The notes beneath the pieces were generated by a model, which did not search any database, was not told where the DNA came from, and worked only from the letters and a program-made list of their open reading frames with translations. This document shows, piece after piece, positions 25,709-32,000 of a DNA stretch of 32,000 nt; position 1 is the stretch's first letter, and the number at the start of each line of letters is the position of its first letter. The position numbers were made by a program, and so were the translations under genes. This stretch comes from Geitlerinema sp. BBD 1991-9 (GTDB taxonomy: Bacteria > Cyanobacteriota > Cyanobacteriia > Cyanobacteriales > Geitlerinemataceae), in the NCBI GenBank assembly GCA_001657325.1, contig LWRO01000040.1, positions 1-32,000 on the forward strand, written 5' to 3'.

Positions 25709-28078
25709 TTACTCCTTTTTTCGATTTGACTTACGATTCAAATACTCGAGCCAAGTTGCGATCGCTCGAAAATAGGGCGCGTTGTAAGGACTCTTTAGAG
25801 ACGTTCGCACGGGGCGAAACCCTTCAGCGTCTCGAACTCGAGCGGGTAATCGTGCTAGGGTATAGGCTACTCGAGGGAGGTGCAGAAAGTAACGTAAGTC
25901 TTTTTTGAACTCATCTGATTTATCTTTAGCATCCTCGATCGCCTTGTCTTGAAGTTTTGCCGTCAGAAGAAGGTTGCGAATGAAACTCCTCAAATAGTCC
26001 GGAATCGACTCTGAGTTTTCAGGATTGTGTAATGCTCGAACAAAAGGTAAAACTCCTATTAATTCTGGCATGGTTTCGGGTTGCAAGTATTCTCGCTCTC
26101 CGATTTTATCTTCAGATATTGTCCCCAGCCATTCACTCCACTTAAATACACAGCCAAACGCCCCGAAACTATCGCGTCCATTTGCTTTGGCTTTGTCTTC
26201 GGCTTCTCCAGAAAGATCGGCGGCTTGATACAAGGGAAATTTCGCAGCTGTCATCGCCACACCACCCGACAAACTAATGTCTGGATTGTTCCCAGTATAG
26301 CACCGAAAACTTTGATAAACATCAAATGCAAACTCGATAATTTCGTTCCAAGTCCCACTAATAAATAAGTCGTCACCTCCAGCATAGATAAAGAGAAGAT
26401 TTTGGCGAACGTCGTCGGTTAATTGTTTACAGGTTTTAGGTAAATTTTCCTGTCGATGTTCTGCTAAATTGTTGAGATAGACCTTAAAGTAATAGGTCAT
26501 TTGGCGCGACAAACCTGCAATTCGTGCTAAGTTTTGTCGATCGCCTAAGCCTTTGGCAAAAATTTGCCCCAATTTATCGACATCCATCCGTAAATACCCA
26601 ACTCGCGGAATTCCATGAGCTTGGTCAACCATTTCGTGAGCCGATATAGTTGTAGTTATTTCCTTTTTGATAACTTCTTGTTTTGCATTGTCTTGTGCGC
26701 CACTTTCTGACGGGTTACTTTTCTGTGAGTAATTTCCCAGAAAAAGTGGAATAGTTAAATTGTAAGTGTACGAAGAGATAGACCAGTTGTTGATTAAAAA
26801 GCATATCTCATCATCTTCAAGGTGGAGGTTGCCGGGTTTGTCTTTGAGCAAGTAGTATTTTATATCTTGGAATTTCAAAAACTTCACTTCTTCTTTTTCT
26901 TCTGAAAAACTCAAAGAAGAAGACAATGGAATTTCATCGCGCTTCGATCGCACGATCGCTTTCACCCTCAAAAGCTGTCCGCCGAGTCGAAACATTCGAC
27001 GGCACGTCCCACAAGCCAAACTCGCGCCGGGTTCGTCTTCTTTCAAGGGTTTCAGATTGGGATCGTCATCCCGATGGCAGACTTTACAAGGTTCGTAGGT
27101 ATCTTGAACGCTTAAAACTTCTTCGAGCAAAGAATCAAACTTTTTCGATTTTTGCTTGGCAAGTCCTTTAACTGCATTACTCCAAGATTCTGCAAACTTT
27201 TGACTCTGAATGTCTGTCGTTTGAAATTCATGAGAATCCAATGCGAGAAACACCTTTGACTGAAATTGTTTTAGTAAGTCTTGATTGAGTGCATCTCGAA
27301 CTTGCTTGACTTTTTCTTTAACAGATTGAGTGTCAGGAGCCAGTAAATAGAGATTGCCACCGCCTGCGTAAATGATACTCGTTCGCGGAAGTTCCAAGGC
27401 TTCAAGCAGTCGTTGAACGACTTCTTCTGTAATTAACTCGAGATAGAAACTTCTCGCTCGTAAAGATTTCAACGCACCATCCGAAGAAATGGTATAGATA
27501 AAGTTTTGAATCCCCGATAAATCTCCAGCTACAAGTCTGAGATTTTCTGCTGTAGGATTTTTGGCTAAGGCTGAGGCAACCGCAGCAGTCGATCGAGCCA
27601 TATCGACTAAGGCAACATCAGACTGGGCAAAACTGACGAACGAGCCGAATTTTTCGATAAGAAGTCCGAGTAGCGGCAGCTTATCTAAGTTTTCTGGTTT
27701 TAGGTTTTTAAATGCACCACGAATTTCTTCTTTCAGTTGCTCGAAATTGGGGTCTGCCGGTTTTTCGTTCTGGGGATAGGGAACTTTCGGTTTCTCGTCG
27801 GCGATCGCTCTCGGATGCCAATAGTGATTCTCCCTGTTGTTGGTGGAGTCTTTTTTCAAAGAAATTCGATCGAACAGTACCTCTAAATGTCCAATTTCAG
27901 CGTCTTTTCCCCAATCCAGTAGAGACTTTGCCTCGTCGATGGCGTTGTTATTAGAGGATTCCTGGGGCTTCCATCCCTCGGGAAGCGAGGCTTCCGCCCA
28001 TTTTGCTAACTCCATAATCGCCTGTTGCAACACACAGCGGGCGACTTGATGCGCCGGATTTTGTAAAACGTCTGTCAT
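25709..28078 (-). CDS. cas10: Cas10 (Csm1-like) large subunit lacking an HD domain, with an intact GGDD cyclase motif
   Basis: GDLSGIQNFIY, palm-1 IIYAGGGNLYLLAP, zinc-finger CKVCH...CGTCRR, palm-2 LFIYAGGDDLFISGTW. The first ~185 aa contain no H...HD motif. Confidence 0.9.
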   Translation of the reverse strand: MTDVLQNPAHQVARCVLQQAIMELAKWAEASLPEGWKPQESSNNNAIDEAKSLLDWGKDAEIGHLEVLFDRISLKKDSTNNRENHYWHPRAIADEKPKVPYPQNEKPADPNFEQLKEEIRGAFKNLKPENLDKLPLLGLLIEKFGSFVSFAQSDVALVDMARSTAAVASALAKNPTAENLRLVAGDLSGIQNFIYTISSDGALKSLRARSFYLELITEEVVQRLLEALELPRTSIIYAGGGNLYLLAPDTQSVKEKVKQVRDALNQDLLKQFQSKVFLALDSHEFQTTDIQSQKFAESWSNAVKGLAKQKSKKFDSLLEEVLSVQDTYEPCKVCHRDDDPNLKPLKEDEPGASLACGTCRRMFRLGGQLLRVKAIVRSKRDEIPLSSSLSFSEEKEEVKFLKFQDIKYYLLKDKPGNLHLEDDEICFLINNWSISSYTYNLTIPLFLGNYSQKSNPSESGAQDNAKQEVIKKEITTTISAHEMVDQAHGIPRVGYLRMDVDKLGQIFAKGLGDRQNLARIAGLSRQMTYYFKVYLNNLAEHRQENLPKTCKQLTDDVRQNLLFIYAGGDDLFISGTWNEIIEFAFDVYQSFRCYTGNNPDISLSGGVAMTAAKFPLYQAADLSGEAEDKAKANGRDSFGAFGCVFKWSEWLGTISEDKIGEREYLQPETMPELIGVLPFVRALHNPENSESIPDYLRSFIRNLLLTAKLQDKAIEDAKDKSDEFKKDLRYFLHLPRVAYTLARLPARVRDAEGFRPVRTSLKSPYNAPYFRAIATWLEYLNRKSNRKKE

Positions 28079-28344
28079 ATCGATAACCTTTCTCGTTTAG
28101 GCGAAACAAACCATCGCCTCAGAATTAATTAAGCGCAAAACGTTGTATCGCTTCCTCAGATCGATCTCAGACGATCGCACCAAAGCGATAAGCTTCAGAA
28201 AATTTTAACCAGTCCAGGCAGTACAACGAAGTCGATCGAGCTTCGAGGTGGGTCGTGTCGAAAAAATTATGCCTGACTGTATTTCGATTAAGATATCAAA
28301 TTTTCAAAACTGAAAACGTGATATTTTGGATTTTTTTAGATTTG

Positions 28345-28362
28345 TTCGCGAAATTTCGCGAA
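28345..28362. promoter_or_regulatory. Perfect 18-bp palindrome TTCGCGAAATTTCGCGAA in the cas10/gntR divergent intergenic region (candidate operator)
   Basis: The sequence equals its own reverse complement. It lies 267 nt upstream of the cas10 start and 283 nt upstream of the gntR-like start, within an AT-rich promoter-like stretch. Confidence 0.35.
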
Positions 28363-28644
28363 AATGTAACGTTTTTAAACACTTTGCGACATTCCTTGAC
28401 GTAAAATCAGATTCGATCGAATCCTTAACATCGATCGATAAGTTGTCCCTATTGTACAACTCTCACGGAAGAAGCAGCTTCCAATACCAACTCACGTCCT
28501 TTCCTTCACAATTCCAAAACGATCGTCGCAAATCCAGATATTTCTCATACCCTCACCTCCTAGTCAAAGCCCACAAAATGGCGCTAAAGTGAAATGGCGT
28601 AGTCGTTTCGACCGATCGATACTGTTGGGGGCCATCTCGTTTAT

Positions 28645-29628
28645 ATGAAGTTCCATATCCAAACCGATAGCGATATTCCCGCCTCAAACCAACTGTTCAA
28701 CCAAATCCGTTTCGCCATCGCTTCGCGCCAGTTTCCACCTGGACATCGGCTTCCCAGCACGCGACAACTTGCGATGCAAACGGGACTACACCGCAACACG
28801 ATCAGTAAGGTGTACCGTCAACTCGAAGAGATTGGTTTAGTCGAAGCTCAAGCGGGTTCGGGAATTTACGTGCGCGCGCAAGGACACGAAGGTGGCGGAA
28901 CTTACGTCAGTTCGCCCGTCTTAGCTCAATATCCCGAAGCCCATGCAACCATCAAAAGCAGCTTGGATGAATTACTCAAACAAGGCTGCTCTCTCAACGA
29001 AGCGCGAGAACTCTTTCTCGGCGAAATTGACTGGCGACTTCGCTGTAGCGCCCGCGTCTTAGTCACCGCACCCTTGCAAGATATCGGTGTGGGTGAGTTG
29101 ATGGCGCAAGAGCTCGAACAAGCCCTGCAAATTCCCGTGCAACTCGTCCCGATGGAAGAATTGTCGGACACCCTGGATAAAGCACATTCGGGAACCGTCG
29201 TCACGAGTCGCTACTTCATCGGAGACGCAGAAGCCATCGCCGCGCCCAAATCCGTTCGCGTCATTCCCATCGATATCTACGACTACGCCAAAGAAACCGA
29301 ACTCGTCAAAGAATTGCCCAAAGATAGTTGCTTGGGATTGATCAGTATCAGTTCCGGCTTGTTACGGGCGGCGGAAGTCATCGTTCACAGCTTGCGTGGC
29401 GACGATTTACTCGTCATTACAACCCAGTTAGGAAATACCTACAAGCTCAATGCAACCGTGCGAAGTGCGCGAACCATAATTTGCGATCGAACGAGTCTAG
29501 ATGCAGTCAAAGCGGCCGTTCAAGCGGCTCGAGACGACCTCATTCGACCTCCACAAGTCATCTGCTTTGGCAACTATATCAGCGACGATTCGATCGATCT
29601 CCTCAAGCGAGAGTTGGGATTAGATTAG
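28645..29628 (+). CDS. GntR family transcriptional regulator, probably the cyanobacteria-specific PlmA subfamily
   Basis: N-terminal winged-HTH FPPGHRLPSTRQLAMQTGLHRNTISKVYRQLEEIGLVEAQAGSGIYV. The 327-aa length and non-FadR/HutC C-terminal domain resemble PlmA-type regulators. Confidence 0.75.
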   Translation: MKFHIQTDSDIPASNQLFNQIRFAIASRQFPPGHRLPSTRQLAMQTGLHRNTISKVYRQLEEIGLVEAQAGSGIYVRAQGHEGGGTYVSSPVLAQYPEAHATIKSSLDELLKQGCSLNEARELFLGEIDWRLRCSARVLVTAPLQDIGVGELMAQELEQALQIPVQLVPMEELSDTLDKAHSGTVVTSRYFIGDAEAIAAPKSVRVIPIDIYDYAKETELVKELPKDSCLGLISISSGLLRAAEVIVHSLRGDDLLVITTQLGNTYKLNATVRSARTIICDRTSLDAVKAAVQAARDDLIRPPQVICFGNYISDDSIDLLKRELGLD

Positions 29629-30146
29629 CAATCGAAGTAATTACCTTTTGTTTAAATATGCTGTGACGAGCATTAAAAAAAACAAATTTCATAGCGATTT
29701 TCGATAACTTTACAAAAGCGATTTCTTGTCTTCCATTCGTTGAGGTGAGAGATCGCTTTTTTCGGGATATTCAGCATTGCGCGAACTGCTTTAGGATAGT
29801 TTAAGTTCTATCTGTTAAAACCCTTAAATCTTTAAGATATAAGGGTTTTGGCGATCGATCGACAAACGAAACCAAGCTTGCCTAAAAAGACAATAGCATA
29901 TTCAAAAGCCGATCTAAACGATTTCAGAAGTTCGCGATCCAGAGGTCAAACAAACTATTTTATAGTCCCTTAATTCTCGATTACCTGTAACTCAAAAAAA
30001 TCAACAATAATCCAAAAATATTCTTTTATTAACCCTTTTTTAAACATAAGATACGAGCCTCTTAATTCTTTTGTGAGAATCTTCTGAGGGCGACTTCTAT
30101 GCAGAACGAACCATTGTGGTACACGTGAGGGGTAAAACAAAACGTT

Positions 30147-32000
30147 ATGGCCATCGAACTCAACCCAATTGGTACTTTCCGAACGGGAATTATTGACGAA
30201 AGTGCGGCAGAAATTGTCGCCCACGATCCGACAACCCAACGTCTGTTCGTCGTGAATGCGAACAACGCTTCGATCGACGTTCTCGACATCAGTACACCGA
30301 CGAATCCTACAAAACTCTTTGAAATTGATGCCACGACGCTCGGCGCTGGAGCAAACAGCGTTGCCGTCTCAAACGGCATCGTTGCAGTTGCAATCGAAAA
30401 CCAGGACACCCAAGCACCGGGACTCGTCGCCTTCTACGACGTAAACGGCACGTTGCTCAATAGCGTGACTGTCGGCGCACTCCCCGACATGGTGACCTTC
30501 ACCCCCGACGGAACGAGAGTCCTCGTTGCCAACGAAGGCGAACCCAACGACGAGTACACGATCGATCCTGAAGGCTCCGTCAGCATTATCGACATCACCG
30601 CAGGCGTGCAAAACGCCACCGTCCTCACCGCTGACTTTCAAGGCTTCAACAGTCGAGCCGAAGAACTCCGAGCCAAAGGCGTTCGCATCTTCGGGCCAAA
30701 CGCCACTGTTGCCCAAGACTTAGAACCCGAATATATCGCCGTTTCCCCAAGTGGTGGCAAAGCCTTCGTCAGTTTGCAAGAAAACAACGCCTTTGCCGCG
30801 ATCGACATTGCCAGCGCCACCGTTGAAGATATCCTACCCTTGGGCTTCAAAGACCACAGCCGAGGCAACCCCACCCTTCAGCAATTTAACTTTCCCACCC
30901 TGCCGCCCCTCGGCACGACACCGGGCGGCCAACAAATCCTTCTCGGTGGCTTGTCAGGTCTGTGGTACACCGGAACTAGCGCAGAAGGCAACCTGCAATT
31001 CGTCGCCGTCCCCGATCGAGGCCCCAACGGCGAACCCACTGACGTAGACGGCGACGGCGCAAACGAGCGACCCTTCGTTTTACCAGACTATCAAGCTCGC
31101 GTCGTCAACTTCGAGTTGAATCCCACCACCGGAAGCATTAACCTCACCGGTGAAATTCCCCTATTCCGACAAGACGGCACGACCCCCATCACCGGACTGC
31201 CCAACATTCCCGGTGTAGACGAAGAACCCGTCGATTTGCTGGGAAATCTCCTCGAATACGATCCCCTCGGTGCTGACCTCGAAGGCGTTCTCATCGCGCC
31301 AGACGGCACGTTCTGGATGGTGGACGAATACCGCCCTGCTATTTGGCACTTCCAAGCAGACGGTACGCTGATCGATCGATTCATTCCCCAAGGTACAACT
31401 GAACTCGCCGGAGAAAACGCCGGCCCCTTCGGCACCGAAACCCTTCCCGCCGAATACAGCAACCGCCGACGTAACCGAGGCTTTGAAGCGATCGCCCTCG
31501 ACAGCGATTCCGGCATTCTCTACGCCTTCATTCAAACCCCCATCGCCAATCCCGATCGAGCAGCCTCCGACAGCTCTCAAGTCATCCGTATTCTGGGAAT
31601 CGACCCCACCTCGGGCAACCCCGTCGCTGAATACGTCTACCTTCTCGAAGACTCCGACTTCCGTTCCGGTGGACGAGTCGATAAAATCGGCGATGCCGTC
31701 TACGCTGGAAATGGTAAATTCTTCGCCATCGAACGCGATGCAGCCACCGATCCGACCGCGAAAAAATTCATCTACGAGTTCGACTTAACTGGAGCAACCA
31801 ACCTTCTCGCAGCTGGTGCGCCTCAAGTTCCCGAAGGTCAAACCCTCGAACAACTGACCACCGACGAACTCATCGGCTTGGGCATTCAACCCGTTAATAA
31901 AACCAAAGTCACCAACCTACCCTCGATCGGCTATTTAGCAGGAGACAAACCCGAAGGTTTAACCCTGTTACCCGACGGACGCTTAGCCGTTCTCAACGAC
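30147..32000 (+). CDS. Choice-of-anchor-I domain + esterase-like-activity-of-phytase domain protein (partial, continues past the window end)
   Basis: Not in the supplied ORF track because it has no in-window stop. ATG at 30147, with an in-frame TGA 21 nt upstream, opens 618 codons to position 32000: MAIELNPIGTFRTGIIDESAAEIVAHDPTTQRLFVVNANNASIDVLDIS...GALPDMVTFTPDGTRVLVANEGEPNDEYTIDPEGSVSIIDI (choice-of-anchor I pattern), then ...GLSGLWY...DLEGVLIAPDGTFWMVDEYRPAIWHF...NRGFEAIAL (phytase-like pattern). Confidence 0.8.
   Translation, partial: MAIELNPIGTFRTGIIDESAAEIVAHDPTTQRLFVVNANNASIDVLDISTPTNPTKLFEIDATTLGAGANSVAVSNGIVAVAIENQDTQAPGLVAFYDVNGTLLNSVTVGALPDMVTFTPDGTRVLVANEGEPNDEYTIDPEGSVSIIDITAGVQNATVLTADFQGFNSRAEELRAKGVRIFGPNATVAQDLEPEYIAVSPSGGKAFVSLQENNAFAAIDIASATVEDILPLGFKDHSRGNPTLQQFNFPTLPPLGTTPGGQQILLGGLSGLWYTGTSAEGNLQFVAVPDRGPNGEPTDVDGDGANERPFVLPDYQARVVNFELNPTTGSINLTGEIPLFRQDGTTPITGLPNIPGVDEEPVDLLGNLLEYDPLGADLEGVLIAPDGTFWMVDEYRPAIWHFQADGTLIDRFIPQGTTELAGENAGPFGTETLPAEYSNRRRNRGFEAIALDSDSGILYAFIQTPIANPDRAASDSSQVIRILGIDPTSGNPVAEYVYLLEDSDFRSGGRVDKIGDAVYAGNGKFFAIERDAATDPTAKKFIYEFDLTGATNLLAAGAPQVPEGQTLEQLTTDELIGLGIQPVNKTKVTNLPSIGYLAGDKPEGLTLLPDGRLAVLND

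Noticed and set aside
28326-28592. 88-aa ORF in the cas10/gntR intergenic region
   Set aside because: It has a non-ATG start in AT-rich promoter-like DNA, a low-complexity product and no RBS. The region is more plausibly regulatory.
18130-28644. Searched all non-coding gaps around and within the cas operon for CRISPR repeats (18130-18215, 19536-19731, 20896-21004, 28079-28644)
   Set aside because: No sequence of 25 nt or longer recurs at a regular spacing in any of these gaps, so no CRISPR array is called in the window.
29817-29849. Inverted repeat aaaaccctta/taagggtttt downstream of the GntR gene as a terminator
   Set aside because: It lies about 190 nt after the stop codon. The stem is AT-rich with competing internal palindromes, and there is no clean T-tract. 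That is too weak to call.
30062-31788. Track ORFs on other frames or strand (30062-30409, 30369-30716, 31091-31580, 31483-31788, etc.)
   Set aside because: All are shadows of the 618-codon choice-of-anchor-I/phytase-like frame that runs off the window end.

Overview
The window looks like cyanobacterial chromosome. The evidence is extreme over-representation of the HIP1-core palindrome CGATCG (often TCGATCGA), STRR-like heptamer repeats, decayed Uma2/DUF820 genes, a PlmA-type GntR regulator and a TIGR02710-type CARF protein.

Positions 1-17.3 kb hold mixed housekeeping and accessory genes. In order these are: an 867-aa RTX/hemolysin-type Ca-binding repeat protein, an SDR oxidoreductase whose Rossmann motif is split by a frameshift, an NMT1/SsuA-like solute-binding lipoprotein overlapping a sensor histidine kinase, a DUF1537-type four-carbon acid sugar kinase, a beta-helix protein, a META-domain protein, a solitary C5 cytosine DNA methyltransferase, an AhpD/CMD-like protein, DUF2237, a GNAT acetyltransferase and CobU. 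Small mobile or repeat elements lie between them:
- a 133-bp MITE with perfect 12-bp TIRs and an 8-bp TSD, inserted in a terminator T-tract
- an internally deleted tnpB-only IS200/IS605-family remnant that keeps both end hairpins and the omega-RNA region
- a 42-bp direct duplication around a hairpin element that copies the GNAT start

Positions 18.2-28.1 kb (minus strand) hold the main feature, a type III Csm-like CRISPR-Cas effector operon: cas10-csm2-csm3-csm4-csm5-cas6. Its Cas10 has no HD domain but an intact GGDD cyclase motif. Two different CARF effectors follow the operon. One is a very AT-rich, CGATCG-free Can2/Card1-like CARF-PD-(D/E)xK nuclease that looks recently inserted. The other is a host-like-composition Cas02710-type CARF-HEPN protein.

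I found no CRISPR array and no cas1/cas2 in the window. A decayed Uma2 gene abuts the distal end of the locus. A GntR (PlmA-like) gene is divergent from cas10, across a 566-bp spacer that contains a perfect 18-bp palindrome.

The window ends with a partial choice-of-anchor-I/phytase-like gene that the ORF track misses. All family assignments come from motif recognition by eye, with no database search.
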